Source of the DNA: Alphaproteobacteria bacterium
GTDB taxonomy: Bacteria > Pseudomonadota > Alphaproteobacteria > GCA-2731375
NCBI GenBank assembly: GCA_965232515.1
Contig: CBDDPY010000002.1
Span: 3,840,001 to 3,904,000, forward strand
Direction of reading: 5' to 3'
Length of the DNA: 64,000 nucleotides
The stretch's first letter is position 1. Each line of letters begins with the position of its first letter. The position numbers and the translations under genes are program-made. Under the pieces are notes generated by a model. That model was not told the DNA's origin. It saw only the letters and a list, made by a program, of their open reading frames with translations, and did not search any database. Shown one piece after another: positions 32,741-42,915 of this stretch.

Positions 32741-33412
32741 ATGACTGACGGTAATCAGCCCGTATCGACGGCCGACCGCGGTTATGTGGCGGCGCAGAGC
32801 CGTCCAATGGCCGGCAGTTTGAGTCAGCGCTACAGCCGCTTCGTCGGCATGATGAAGGTGTTTCTGCCAGCGCTGGCCGCGACCCTGGTCATCGTCGTCA
32901 TCGCCTGGCCCGGCGCTTTCGATCAGGACGACGGCTTCCACCTGTCGTTCTCGAAGATGCAGGCCGACGGCGCCGACCGGCTGAGCATGCTCAACCCCCG
33001 CTACTACGGCACTGACAAGGAGAACCGGCCCTTCACCGTGACCGCCAAAGAGGCCGTGCAGGACGCTGACGACAGCCGCCAGGTCACCCTTAGCGACCTG
33101 CAGGCCGACATGACCATGAACGACGGCACCTGGATCAGCATGATGGCGAACCAGGGCGTCTATCATCAGGCCACGATGATCCTGCGGCTGACCGGCGCCA
33201 TCAGCATCTTCTCCGACCGCGGTTATGAGTTCCACGCCAGCGTCGCCGATGTCGACTTCTCCGACGGCAGCGCGCGCAGCGCCCGGCCTGTCAGCGGTCA
33301 CGGCCCGTTCGGCTCGCTGAGGGCCGACCGCATGCAGATCGAAGATCGCGGCCAGCGCATGCTGTTCGAAGGCAACGTTAAAATGACCCTCAACCCCCAG
33401 GCGCAAGGCTGA
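32741..33412 (+). CDS. lptC: LPS export periplasmic protein LptC
   Basis: YSRFV..MK..LP, single TM helix, NPRYYGTD...RPF, FEGNVKM; position before lptA-lptB. Confidence 0.88.
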   Translation: MTDGNQPVSTADRGYVAAQSRPMAGSLSQRYSRFVGMMKVFLPALAATLVIVVIAWPGAFDQDDGFHLSFSKMQADGADRLSMLNPRYYGTDKENRPFTVTAKEAVQDADDSRQVTLSDLQADMTMNDGTWISMMANQGVYHQATMILRLTGAISIFSDRGYEFHASVADVDFSDGSARSARPVSGHGPFGSLRADRMQIEDRGQRMLFEGNVKMTLNPQAQG

Positions 33413-33419
33413 TCGCACG

Positions 33420-33971
33420 ATGGCAAAGAGACATGCAGTGCTGGTTGCGTTGTTTGTCGGTCTGTTGATGTCGCCACCGCTCGCGTCGGACGCGGCGGAC
33501 AATCGCCCGCAGATTCAGCACGACACCGATCAGCCGATCGAAATCAATGCCGACAGCCTCGAGGTCGAGCAGAATCAGCAGATCGCGACCTTCCGTGGCA
33601 ACGTCGACGCTGTTCAGGGCGAGATCCGGCTGCGGGCGGACGAGTTGAAGGTGCACTACCGCAACGGCGGCGACAGTTCGGAAAGCGCGGCCGGCGCGGC
33701 TGGCGCCATTGTCCGTATCGATGCCGTCGGCAATGTCTTCGTCTCCTCGCCGACCGAAACCGCCCAGGGTAATGCCGGCGTTTACGACATCGACAATCGC
33801 CAGATCACGCTGACCGGACAGGTCGTCCTGACACGTGGCGAAAACGTGCTTCGCGGCGAGCGTCTGGTGCTGAACATGGCGACGGGACGCAGTGTGATCG
33901 AAGCGGGCGGTCAACGAAGCGGCGAACGTGTTCGCGGCATCTTCGTACCGTCGCAGAAAAAAACAAACTAG
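33420..33971 (+). CDS. lptA: LPS transport periplasmic protein LptA
   Basis: Signal peptide; PIEINADSLE, ATFRGNV...QG...L.AD, N.L.G..L. Confidence 0.9.
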   Translation: MAKRHAVLVALFVGLLMSPPLASDAADNRPQIQHDTDQPIEINADSLEVEQNQQIATFRGNVDAVQGEIRLRADELKVHYRNGGDSSESAAGAAGAIVRIDAVGNVFVSSPTETAQGNAGVYDIDNRQITLTGQVVLTRGENVLRGERLVLNMATGRSVIEAGGQRSGERVRGIFVPSQKKTN

Positions 33972-34043
33972 GAATATTATCCGATAAATAAGAAAAAATG
34001 TTGAGACATCGATGATCTGGCGACGACTCTACACGGATTTTTA

Positions 34044-34844
34044 ATGGCGGAAAGCAAACACTTAGGCTCTATGACCGACGCCCCCGAACAGAACGATCGG
34101 ACGCCACGGCTGGTCGCCGAAAACGACGGTCTGGCCGTCCGCAAGATCGGCAAGCAGTTCAAGAAGCGCCCCGTGGTGCGCGACGTTTCGCTGCAGCTGC
34201 AGCGCGGCGAGGCCGTCGGTCTGCTTGGCCCGAACGGCGCCGGCAAGACGACCTGCTTCTACATCATCACCGGCCTGATCTCGCCCGATGCCGGTTCGAT
34301 CCATCTGGACGGCCACGACATCACCGAGCTGCCGATGTACCGCCGGGCCCGCCTCGGCATCGGCTACCTGCCGCAGGAGGCCTCGATCTTCCGCGGGCTC
34401 TCGGTGGAGAACAATGTCCGCGCCGTGCTGGAGGTGGTCGAGCCGATCCGCGAAAAGCGCGAGACGCTGTTGGACGACCTGTTGGCCGAGTTTTCGATCA
34501 CGCACATCCGGCGCACGCCGGCGCTGGCGCTGTCGGGCGGCGAACGCCGGCGCGTCGAGATCGCCCGGGCGCTGGCTTCGCGGCCGGCCTTTATTCTGCT
34601 CGACGAGCCGCTGGCCGGCATCGACCCGATCGCCGTCGGCGAGATCCGCGACCTGGTCTCGCACCTGAAGGATCGTGGCGTGGGTGTTTTGATCACCGAC
34701 CATAACGTGCGCGAGACCCTCGACATCATCGACCGGGCCTACATCATCCACGAGGGCCGTGTGCTGATGCAGGGCGCGCCGTCGGAAATCGTCGCCCACG
34801 AAGACGTGCGGCGCGTCTATCTCGGAGACGGCTTCAGGCTGTAG
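34044..34844 (+). CDS. lptB: LPS export ABC ATPase LptB
   Basis: [46 protein letters not shown]; start could be 34071. Confidence 0.97.
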   Translation: MAESKHLGSMTDAPEQNDRTPRLVAENDGLAVRKIGKQFKKRPVVRDVSLQLQRGEAVGLLGPNGAGKTTCFYIITGLISPDAGSIHLDGHDITELPMYRRARLGIGYLPQEASIFRGLSVENNVRAVLEVVEPIREKRETLLDDLLAEFSITHIRRTPALALSGGERRRVEIARALASRPAFILLDEPLAGIDPIAVGEIRDLVSHLKDRGVGVLITDHNVRETLDIIDRAYIIHEGRVLMQGAPSEIVAHEDVRRVYLGDGFRL

Positions 34845-34854
34845 GCCGGCAAAG

Positions 34855-36438
34855 ATGGCAATTTCCCCCAAACTGGAGATCCGGCAGTCACAGACGCTCG
34901 TGATGACGCCGCAGCTGCAGCAGGCGATCAAGCTGCTGCAACTCTCCAATTTGGAATTGACCGCCTTCGTCGAGCAGGAGCTGGAGCGCAATCCCCTGCT
35001 GGAACGCCAGGACGACGGCGACGGCGAGCCGCGCGCGCAGGCCGACGAGGCGCCCGGCGCGGGCGAGACCGTCAACGGATCCGCCGACGGCATCAATGAC
35101 GACGGCACCGCCGGCGACGTCGCCGCCATCGAACTGGACGGCGTCACGCCGCCGGACGGTGGCGATGTGGCGGGCGCCGAAGGCCCGCTCGATACCGACT
35201 ATGAGAATGTCTACAACAACGATTCCGCGCCCGATATGCCGGCGCCGGCCGAGCCCGAGCCGGCCATGTCGGGTCTCGGCGCCGGACTCGGCGCGGGTCC
35301 CGGCGGTCGTGACAGCGACAGCGGGTTCGGTCTCGAGCAGAGCCTGAGCCGCGATATCAGCCTGAAGGAGCATCTCGCTGGCCAATTGAACGTGGCGCTG
35401 AGCGATCCGGCCGACCGCATCGTCGGCGCCCACATGATCGAATGCATCGACGAGGCCGGTTATCTGATTGAGAGTATCGCGACCATCGCCGATCGCATGG
35501 GCTGTGACGAGGACCGCGTCGAAACCGTACTCGAGGCATTGCAGCGCTTCGATCCGGCCGGCGTGTTCGCGCGCGATCTGGGCGAATGCCTGGCCCTCCA
35601 GCTACGCGAGCGCAACCGCTTCGATCCGGCCATGCAGACGCTGATCGAAAACCTGCATCTGCTTGCCGAGCACGACATCCCCGCCCTGATGCGGATCTGC
35701 CATGTCGACGACGAGGACATGGCCGAGATGGTGCAGGAGATCAAGGCGCTGAACCCGAAGCCCGGGCTGGTCTACGACTACGATGTGGCGCAGCCGGTCG
35801 TGCCCGACGTGTTCGTCCGCGAGAACCCGGACGGCGGATGGATGGTCGAACTGAACAGCGATACGCTGCCGCGGGTCCTGGTCAACGCGCGCTACTATGC
35901 CGAAGTCCTTGACGTGACGAAGTCGAAGGACGAGCGCAACTACCTGACCGACTGCGTCAACAACGCCAACTGGCTGGTCAAGTCGCTGGACCAGCGGGCG
36001 CGGACGATCCTGAAGGTCTCGACCGAGATCGTCCGGCAACAGGACGCCTTCTTCGCCCACGGCGTTCAGCATCTGCGGCCGCTGAACCTGCGCACTATCG
36101 CCGAAGCGATCGACATGCACGAAAGCACGGTCAGCCGCGTGACCGCCAATAAGTACATGTCGACACAGCGCGGCATCTTCGAGCTGAAATACTTCTTCAC
36201 CGCCGCGATCCAGTCGACGGCGGGCGGCGACGCCCATTCGGCCGAGGCCGTCCGTCACAAGATCCGCGAGCTGATCGACCGCGAACCGATCGACAACGTG
36301 CTGTCGGACGATAAGCTGGTCGAGTTGCTGAATGCGACAGGCATCGATATTGCCCGCCGCACGGTGGCAAAGTATCGCGAAGCCATGGGCATCCAGTCGT
36401 CCGTGCAACGACGACGGATGAAACGCCTCTCGGCCTGA
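34855..36438 (+). CDS. rpoN: RNA polymerase sigma-54 factor
   Basis: MTPQLQQAIKLLQLS, HESTVSR, RpoN box ARRTVAKYRE. Confidence 0.99.
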   Translation: MAISPKLEIRQSQTLVMTPQLQQAIKLLQLSNLELTAFVEQELERNPLLERQDDGDGEPRAQADEAPGAGETVNGSADGINDDGTAGDVAAIELDGVTPPDGGDVAGAEGPLDTDYENVYNNDSAPDMPAPAEPEPAMSGLGAGLGAGPGGRDSDSGFGLEQSLSRDISLKEHLAGQLNVALSDPADRIVGAHMIECIDEAGYLIESIATIADRMGCDEDRVETVLEALQRFDPAGVFARDLGECLALQLRERNRFDPAMQTLIENLHLLAEHDIPALMRICHVDDEDMAEMVQEIKALNPKPGLVYDYDVAQPVVPDVFVRENPDGGWMVELNSDTLPRVLVNARYYAEVLDVTKSKDERNYLTDCVNNANWLVKSLDQRARTILKVSTEIVRQQDAFFAHGVQHLRPLNLRTIAEAIDMHESTVSRVTANKYMSTQRGIFELKYFFTAAIQSTAGGDAHSAEAVRHKIRELIDREPIDNVLSDDKLVELLNATGIDIARRTVAKYREAMGIQSSVQRRRMKRLSA

Positions 36439-36550
36439 GCGCCGTGGTTGACAGGGCCGGGGCCCGGCCATATTTTCGCGCCTTCCCCGGATGGGGCGTT
36501 GGCCCCAATTTCCGAGCGTTCGGACGAGGTATGTCCGGTACGACGAGCTG

Positions 36551-37138
36551 ATGAAGATCCAGATTTCTGGCAAACAGACAGAACTCTCCGATTCGTTGCG
36601 TCAGCATGTCGAGCGTCGACTGCGTGCGGGGGTCGAGAAGTATTTTGGCGACGGTATCGAGGCGAGCGTGGTGTTTTCGCGCGAAGCCCGAAACCATCGC
36701 GCGGACTGCGCGGTGCATATCGGACACGGTATCCAAGTCCAGAGCCATGCCGAGACGGACGACATTACGACCTGTTTCGACACGGCGGCCGATCGCCTGG
36801 AGAAGCAGCTGCGCCGTTACAAGCGGCGGCTGCGGAACCACCACAGCCGGCAAAACAAGCGGCCGGACGATGGGCAGGAGGCACAGACTTACGTTCTGGC
36901 GCCGGAAGACGGAGACGAAGAAGGAGACGAAACCGAGACGTTCCAGCCCGTCATTGTCGCGGAGTCGACGACGCGCATTCACACGCTGACGGTGGGGGAA
37001 GCTGTCATGCGCATGGATCTCGCCGATCTGCCCGTGATGATGTTTCGCAACAGCGGCAGTGGACGTCTGAACGTTGTATATCGTCGGAACGACGGCCATA
37101 TCGGCTGGGTCGATCCGTCCGATTCAGAGAATAATTGA
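36551..37138 (+). CDS. hpf: Ribosome hibernation promoting factor (long HPF)
   Basis: LEKQLRRYKRRL, VGEAVMRMDL, NVVYRR.DG.IGWVDP; follows rpoN. Confidence 0.93.
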   Translation: MKIQISGKQTELSDSLRQHVERRLRAGVEKYFGDGIEASVVFSREARNHRADCAVHIGHGIQVQSHAETDDITTCFDTAADRLEKQLRRYKRRLRNHHSRQNKRPDDGQEAQTYVLAPEDGDEEGDETETFQPVIVAESTTRIHTLTVGEAVMRMDLADLPVMMFRNSGSGRLNVVYRRNDGHIGWVDPSDSENN

Positions 37139-37149
37139 AGGATTGCCAT

Positions 37150-37617
37150 ATGGAGATCGCCGAACTGTTGCAACAGGACGGCGTCGTCGCGAACCTGAAG
37201 GTCACGAGCAAGAAACAGGCGCTGCAGGAACTGGCGCAGAAAGCCGCTCACTTGACCGATTTGCACGAACGCAAAATTTTCGATGTGCTGCTCGAGCGGG
37301 AGCGTCTGGGTACGACCGGCGTGGGCCAGGGCATCGCCATACCGCACGGCAAGCTGAACGAGCTGGCTCAGCTGCACGCCGTATTCGCCCGGCTGGAAAC
37401 GCCGATCGACTTCGATTCGATTGACGACGAACCGGTCGATCTTATTTTCTTGCTGCTGGCGCCTGAATCGGCCGGCGCCGATCATCTGAAGGCGCTGGCC
37501 CGCATCTCGCGGCTGCTGCGTGACCAGAACATTTGCGCCAAGTTGCGCGGCACGTCCGAGTCGGACGCGCTTTACGCACTGCTGACGGACGCATCCGTCT
37601 CGTCAAACGCGGCTTAA
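37150..37617 (+). CDS. ptsN: PTS IIA-like nitrogen regulatory protein
   Basis: SKKQALQ, RERLGTTGVG.GIAIPH, AGADHLKALA. Confidence 0.96.
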   Translation: MEIAELLQQDGVVANLKVTSKKQALQELAQKAAHLTDLHERKIFDVLLERERLGTTGVGQGIAIPHGKLNELAQLHAVFARLETPIDFDSIDDEPVDLIFLLLAPESAGADHLKALARISRLLRDQNICAKLRGTSESDALYALLTDASVSSNAA

Positions 37618-37675
37618 CGCATCCCCGGCGCGACCGTTGCGGTCGCGCCGCAAAAAACCACTTGATTCGTTGGGG

Positions 37676-37894
37676 TCAGTGGACGCTGACGGGTTCCAGA
37701 TCGTTCTGGCGCACGGCGGCGAAGGCGAGTTCGCGGCTGTCGAAGGCCGCGATCCGCGTGCCGTCGGCCGAATACACGCCGTAAATCGGCCGGCCGTCCA
37801 CCGTGATCTGCTTCACGAAGGCGATGTCTTCGGCGCCGAGCGCCGCCAACGACTTGGCGCTGAGCTGCCGCAATTGCTCGACCGAAAGTATCAT
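37676..37894 (-). CDS. DUF1150 family protein
   Basis: LAALG...IAFVK, ADGTRIA, AFAA..Q.DLEPVSVH; follows Hsp20 gene. Confidence 0.85.
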   Translation of the reverse strand: MILSVEQLRQLSAKSLAALGAEDIAFVKQITVDGRPIYGVYSADGTRIAAFDSRELAFAAVRQNDLEPVSVH

Positions 37895-37935
37895 GACGAC
37901 TCCTCTACACTGTCATATCGGATTGGCCGGCCGGA

Positions 37936-38406
37936 CTAGCCGTCGTTGCGATCATCGACATCGATCGTCGGGATCGCGCCGCCGTCTTTCCTGGACGCGC
38001 CCGATTTGATCTCGATTGTCCGGGTCACGACCTCTGGCCGCGGCCGCATCAGGTCGATGCTCAGCAGGCCGTTGTCCAGATCGGCGCCGGCGACCTCGAT
38101 GCCCTCGGCCAGAACGAAAGCGCGCTGGAACTGGCGGGCGGCGATACCGCGATGCAGATAGACCCGGTCGGGATCGTCGGTCTGCTTGCCGCGCACGATC
38201 AACTGGTTGTCTTCCAACACGATCTGCAGATCGTCGTTTGAGAAACCGGCAACGGCAAGCGTGATGCGCAACCCGTCGTCGCCAACCTGCTCGATATTGT
38301 AGGGAGGATAGCCGTCGCTCGCCGACTTCGTGACCCGGTCGAGCACCTGCTCAAAATGGTCGAAGCCCAGAACCAGCGGGCTGCTGAAAACCGATACGCG
38401 AGTCAT
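37936..38406 (-). CDS. Small heat shock protein, Hsp20/IbpA family
   Basis: LGFD, GYPPYNIE, ITLAVAGF, YLHRGIAARQF, L.NGLL.IDL. Confidence 0.95.
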   Translation of the reverse strand: MTRVSVFSSPLVLGFDHFEQVLDRVTKSASDGYPPYNIEQVGDDGLRITLAVAGFSNDDLQIVLEDNQLIVRGKQTDDPDRVYLHRGIAARQFQRAFVLAEGIEVAGADLDNGLLSIDLMRPRPEVVTRTIEIKSGASRKDGGAIPTIDVDDRNDG

Positions 38407-38478
38407 GCCGACCAACCCCTCAAATTCGAGCAAGCATGGTTTATCTATGACCGGCCGGACCCTTGCTCAGGCGTCCGA
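38404..38478 (-). promoter_or_regulatory. ROSE-like RNA thermometer in the Hsp20 5'UTR
   Basis: Hairpin CGGAC..GTCCG, then ACCA..CUUGCUC-loop-GAGGGG..UGGU pairing the U(U/C)GCU motif over the SD with a bulged G. Confidence 0.7.
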
Positions 38479-38509
38479 ATGCAGCCCGGAACGGCGCTGC
38501 GTGACCTAG

Positions 38510-38538
38510 ATGTAGGTCGCGTACCGGTTTCGTTCAAG
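38510..38538 (-). promoter_or_regulatory. RpoH (sigma32) promoter of Hsp20
   Basis: CTTGAA-N16-CCTACAT, close to alphaproteobacterial CTTGAA..CCTATAT. Confidence 0.8.
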
Positions 38539-38623
38539 GTCGCCCGATCCGGGGCTTTCCGCCGCGCGCGCCATGTGGTCTACATGGCCTAAATCAGTCG
38601 TTCAGAGGAAAAGGGGTTACCCG

Positions 38624-40132
38624 ATGGGACGGGATTTCCAGTCCGGCAACGTCATGGTCGGCGTGATCGGCGCCGGCGCGATGGGCCGCGGCATCGCACA
38701 GGTCACCATCACCGGCGGCATGACCGCATTGTTATACGATTCCGCCGATGGCGCCGCCGAGGCCGCGCGAAGCTTCATTTTCGGCATGCTGGACCGAAGC
38801 GTCGAAAAGAACCGCATGAGCGCCGAGGACGCGGCGGCGGCCAAGGACCGGTTGCAGGTGATCGACAGCCTCGACGCCATGGCCGACGCGGATGTGGTCA
38901 TCGAGGCCATTGTCGAGAACCTCGAGGTCAAGCGCGCCGTGTTCGCGGATCTCGAACGCGCCGTCGGCGACGACGCGATCCTCGCCTCCAACACCTCCTC
39001 GCTGCGCATCGCGTCGATCGCCGCCCGCTGCGAGCGCAAGCACCGGGTCGCCGGCCTGCACTTCTTCAATCCCGTGCCGCTGATGAAGCTGGTCGAGGTC
39101 GTGCGCGCGCCGGCCACGGACGAGGACGTGGTCGCGGCGCTCGACGCGCTCGGCCGCCGCATGGGCCGGGTGCCGGTCGTGGTTCGGGACGGCCCGGGCT
39201 TTCTGGTCAATCTCGGCGGCCGCGCCTTCACCACCGAGGGCCTGCGCCTGGCCCACGAGGGCATCGCCACGCCGGCCCAGGTCGACGCCGTGATGCGGGA
39301 TGCCTGCGGCTTTCGCATGGGGCCGTTCGAGCTGATGGACCTGACCGGGATCGACGTCAACTTCCCGGCCAGCATGGCGATCTACAACGGCTACTTCCAG
39401 GACCGCCGCATGGCGACCTATCCGCTGCACGAGAGCCTGCTGGAAGCCGGCCGGCTGGGCCGGAAAACGGGCCAGGGCCATTACCGTTACGACGATAAGG
39501 GCGGCAAGATCGCCGACAGCGCGGACGCCGACACTTCGGCCGAACCGGCGCGCCGGGTAGCGCTGGCCGCGCCGGACGAGCGGCTCGGCAAACTGCTGCG
39601 CGAGGCCGGCGCCGAGGTCATCGAGGACAACGGCGCCTGCCCGATCCTGGCGGCGCCGCTCGGCGAGGACGCAACCGCGGTCGCCGTACGCACCGGCGCC
39701 GACGCCCGCCGCCTGGTGGCGGTCGACCTGACCGGCGATATCGGCCGCCGCATCACCATCATGACTGCGCCCGGCGCCGATCCGGCGCAGCGCGACCGGG
39801 TCGCGGCCCTCCTGGCCGGCACCGGGGCGGCGGTTACCGCGATCCACGATTCGCCCGGCTTCATCGCCCAGCGCATGCGGGCCATGGTCGCCAATCTCGG
39901 CTGCGAGATCGCCCAGATCGGTGTCGCCGCGCCGGCGGATATCGACACCGCCATGACGCTCGGCCTCAACTACCCGCTGGGGCCCTTGGCGCTGGCGGAC
40001 GAAATGGGCGCCGGCACGGTGCTGACCATCCTGACCCACCTGCAGCACATCACCGGCGAGGAGCGCTACCGCCCCAGCCAATGGCTGCGCCGCCGCGCCC
40101 TGCTCGGCCTGCCGGCGACAACGCCGGACTGA
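38624..40132 (+). CDS. 3-hydroxyacyl-CoA dehydrogenase (PaaH-like, duplicated C-terminal domain)
   Basis: GAGAMGRG, IEAIVE, ASNTSS, GLHFFNPVP, MGPFELMD, LNYPLGP. Confidence 0.92.
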   Translation: MGRDFQSGNVMVGVIGAGAMGRGIAQVTITGGMTALLYDSADGAAEAARSFIFGMLDRSVEKNRMSAEDAAAAKDRLQVIDSLDAMADADVVIEAIVENLEVKRAVFADLERAVGDDAILASNTSSLRIASIAARCERKHRVAGLHFFNPVPLMKLVEVVRAPATDEDVVAALDALGRRMGRVPVVVRDGPGFLVNLGGRAFTTEGLRLAHEGIATPAQVDAVMRDACGFRMGPFELMDLTGIDVNFPASMAIYNGYFQDRRMATYPLHESLLEAGRLGRKTGQGHYRYDDKGGKIADSADADTSAEPARRVALAAPDERLGKLLREAGAEVIEDNGACPILAAPLGEDATAVAVRTGADARRLVAVDLTGDIGRRITIMTAPGADPAQRDRVAALLAGTGAAVTAIHDSPGFIAQRMRAMVANLGCEIAQIGVAAPADIDTAMTLGLNYPLGPLALADEMGAGTVLTILTHLQHITGEERYRPSQWLRRRALLGLPATTPD

Positions 40133-40247
40133 GGACAACGGATAGGTTAACTGGATCTTGATATATTGCCCGGCGAAGTTGCGCCGGGCCATGTGGAAAC
40201 CGACCAAGTCTTATCATCGAGCGTCCGTCCGCCGACCGTTGCGGCGC

Positions 40248-42065
40248 ATGGTTGTTGCCGCCTGGTCGGCCCTTTGCATTCTCGCTGCGCCGGCATCGGC
40301 GCAGACCGCCAGTCACCCACCGCCCGACATCGGATTGCTCGAGGATCCGACGACCCGGCTGCGGATCGACGAGGTCGCCGCGGCAGATAGCGCCAACGCC
40401 TTCCGGTCGGTCGACGCGTTGCCGATCAATATCGGCATTTCCGCCTCGGCGTTCTGGTTGCGTGTTCGATTGGCCGCCATGCCTTCGGCGCCCGATGACT
40501 GGCTGCTGCAGATCGGCACGCCGGCGCTCGACGCTATCCGTGTCCATGTCGCGCGCGGCGACGGCGCCTGGGAAACCATGCACGGCGGGGACCTGACACC
40601 GTTCGATGCGCGGCCATACCCGCATCGCAGCTTCGTGTTTCCCCTGCCGCGGCGCGACCGGGAGACCGTGATCTATGTCAGGGTCGCGAGCGAGGGCGGC
40701 ATCACCCTGCCGATCCGGGTTCTGCGGCGGTCCGAACTGCTGGCGGGCGATGTCACGAGCGTCGCCTTCTACGCCGCCTATTTCGCCATTTTGCTGACGC
40801 TGCTGGTTTACAACGCCTTCCTGCTGATGTCGGTGCGCGACGCCAGCTATCTGTTCTATGTGCTTTACCTCGGCTGCTTCGGCCTGCTGCAGTTTTCGCT
40901 CGCCGGCCTGGCGGCCCAGTTCCTCTGGTCCGACGCCGGCGGCTATGCGAATCAGCTCTACCTCCTGATGCTGGGCGGATCGATCGCGGCCGGCGGTGGC
41001 TTCGTTCGGTCGTTTCTGCAGACCGGGCAGCGCCGGGACTGGCTGCATTGGCTGTTGACGGCATGCTGTCTTGCCGCCCTGCTGGTCATCGTGCTGGCGC
41101 CGCTCCTGCCGTATCGGCCGCTGCTCGTCGCCCTGCTGCTGATCGCGGCCGTGTTGCTGCCGACCATCGTCGTTGCCATCGTGCGCGCGCATTGGCGCGG
41201 CTATCGCCCGGCGCGCTATCTGCTGCTGGCGTTCGGCGCCCTATTGCCCGGCTGCCTGCTCTATCTGCTGCGCACGGCCGGCATCATCGAAAGTTCGCCG
41301 CTGACGGAACACGCCATCGAGGTATCGACCGCGCTGGAGGCGCTGCTGCTGTCGTTCGCGCTCGCCGACCGCATCAACATCCTGGAAGCGGACAAAAGGG
41401 CGGCCGAAATCACGACGGCGCGCATGCGCGAACGCTTCTCACAGCAACTCATCCGTTCGCAGGAAGCCGACCGGCGGCGGATCGCCGGCGAGCTGCACGA
41501 TTCCATCGGGCAGAACCTGCTGGTGATCGCCAATACGCTGCGGCGGTTGACCGGCGGCGACGAGGCCCGGAACGACCCGGCCCGGCTGGCGTCGACGACC
41601 GAGCTGGCCCAGCAGACCATCGACGAGGTCCGCGAGATCGCCCGAGAGCTCCATCCGCATCAGCTCGAGCGTCTCGGCCCGTCGGAGGCCATCCGTGCCA
41701 TGCTGCATCAGGTATTCGATGCCAGCGCCGTATCGGTCGACAGCCGCATCGACGACATCGACACGCTGCTGCCGGCGGAGCGGGCGATTCACCTCTACCG
41801 CATCGCCCAGGAAGCGGCGACGAATGTCTTGCGGCATGCCGAGGCCACGACCTGCAGCTTCCGGCTGCAAAAGGATGGTCCAAGCCTGCGGCTACTGGTC
41901 GCCGACGATGGTCGCGGTATGATGCCCGGCAACGGCGCGGCCGAGGGCTTCGGCCTCGCCGGTCAGCGCGAGCGGGTCAACATGCTGGGGGGTCGGATGC
42001 GGCTTGGCGCCCGGGACGGCGGCGGGACGGTTCTGGAAGTCGATCTTCCGATCGACAACGGCTGA
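40248..42065 (+). CDS. 7TM-DISM sensor histidine kinase (DISMED2 + 7TM + HisKA_3 + HATPase)
   Basis: LEDP...L.IDEV, SAFWLR, seven TM helices ending EALLLSFALADRI, H-box ELHDSIGQ, DDGRG, GFGL; start uncertain (40191 or 40248). Confidence 0.9.
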   Translation: MVVAAWSALCILAAPASAQTASHPPPDIGLLEDPTTRLRIDEVAAADSANAFRSVDALPINIGISASAFWLRVRLAAMPSAPDDWLLQIGTPALDAIRVHVARGDGAWETMHGGDLTPFDARPYPHRSFVFPLPRRDRETVIYVRVASEGGITLPIRVLRRSELLAGDVTSVAFYAAYFAILLTLLVYNAFLLMSVRDASYLFYVLYLGCFGLLQFSLAGLAAQFLWSDAGGYANQLYLLMLGGSIAAGGGFVRSFLQTGQRRDWLHWLLTACCLAALLVIVLAPLLPYRPLLVALLLIAAVLLPTIVVAIVRAHWRGYRPARYLLLAFGALLPGCLLYLLRTAGIIESSPLTEHAIEVSTALEALLLSFALADRINILEADKRAAEITTARMRERFSQQLIRSQEADRRRIAGELHDSIGQNLLVIANTLRRLTGGDEARNDPARLASTTELAQQTIDEVREIARELHPHQLERLGPSEAIRAMLHQVFDASAVSVDSRIDDIDTLLPAERAIHLYRIAQEAATNVLRHAEATTCSFRLQKDGPSLRLLVADDGRGMMPGNGAAEGFGLAGQRERVNMLGGRMRLGARDGGGTVLEVDLPIDNG

Positions 42066-42712
42066 TGAACGCGACCACCGTTCTGATCGCCGATGACCAC
42101 CCCGTGTTCCGGCACGGCCTGCGGGAAATCATCGAGGAATCCGATCGGTTCCATGTCGTGGCCGAAGCCGACGACGGCCAATCCGCGATCGGGCAGATCG
42201 ACCTGCTGCGGCCCGACGTCGCCATCCTGGATCTGTCCATGCCGGCGCGCGACGGCTTCGAGGTCGCCGAGTGGATCCGCGACAACGCCGCATCGGTGCG
42301 GACCGTGATCATGACCATGCATAACGAGCCGGCCTTTCTGCAGCGCGCCTGGGCCCTGAACGTGGCGGGCTATCTGCTGAAGGACGACGCGCATGACCAG
42401 GTGCTGAAATGTCTGGCCGCCGTGGCGCGTGGCGAGCGCTATGTCAGCCCCTCCATAGGCGCCGAGCGGCCGGTCAAGCATCCCGAGCCTGCAGCAGACA
42501 CCGATGCCGCGCTGATCGCGCGCCTGACGCCGGCCCAGCGGTCGATTCTCCGCCAGGTCGCCGAGTACAGAACAAGCAAGGAAATCGCCCGTAACCTGGG
42601 CCTCAGCCACCGCACGGTGCAGAACCACCGCACCAATATCGCCGGCACGCTCGGCCTCCAGGGCCGTAACCGGCTGCTGGAATTCGCGGTTCGCAACAAA
42701 TCGCTGCTCTGA
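42065..42712 (+). CDS. NarL/LuxR family response regulator
   Basis: IADDHPVFR, LDLSMP, GYLLKD, HTH LT.....L...SKEIA..L.LS..TV.NHR; ATG overlaps kinase stop. Confidence 0.95.
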   Translation: MNATTVLIADDHPVFRHGLREIIEESDRFHVVAEADDGQSAIGQIDLLRPDVAILDLSMPARDGFEVAEWIRDNAASVRTVIMTMHNEPAFLQRAWALNVAGYLLKDDAHDQVLKCLAAVARGERYVSPSIGAERPVKHPEPAADTDAALIARLTPAQRSILRQVAEYRTSKEIARNLGLSHRTVQNHRTNIAGTLGLQGRNRLLEFAVRNKSLL

Positions 42713-42741
42713 CGGCGCCGCGACGGGGCGGCGCCCCGACC

Positions 42742-42757
42742 TGAGTACATGTGCTCA
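42742..42757. promoter_or_regulatory. Inverted-repeat operator, candidate site for the adjacent NarL-type regulator
   Basis: TGAGTACA/TGTGCTCA, 16-bp palindrome with one mismatch, about 160 bp upstream of 42916. Confidence 0.55.
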
Positions 42758-42915
42758 TGCGCCGGGTATCCACCTCCATTCAGTCCCGCCGTCGCCAAGC
42801 CTAGGCTCTTGCCAAGCCGACAAAGCGTGCCGTGCCGCCTCGTAGGCGACGGTCACGCCGGTCTGGCCAAATCCAAGGAGGGCAATCCAGTACCACCACG
42901 GGAGGAGTTTCCCCC

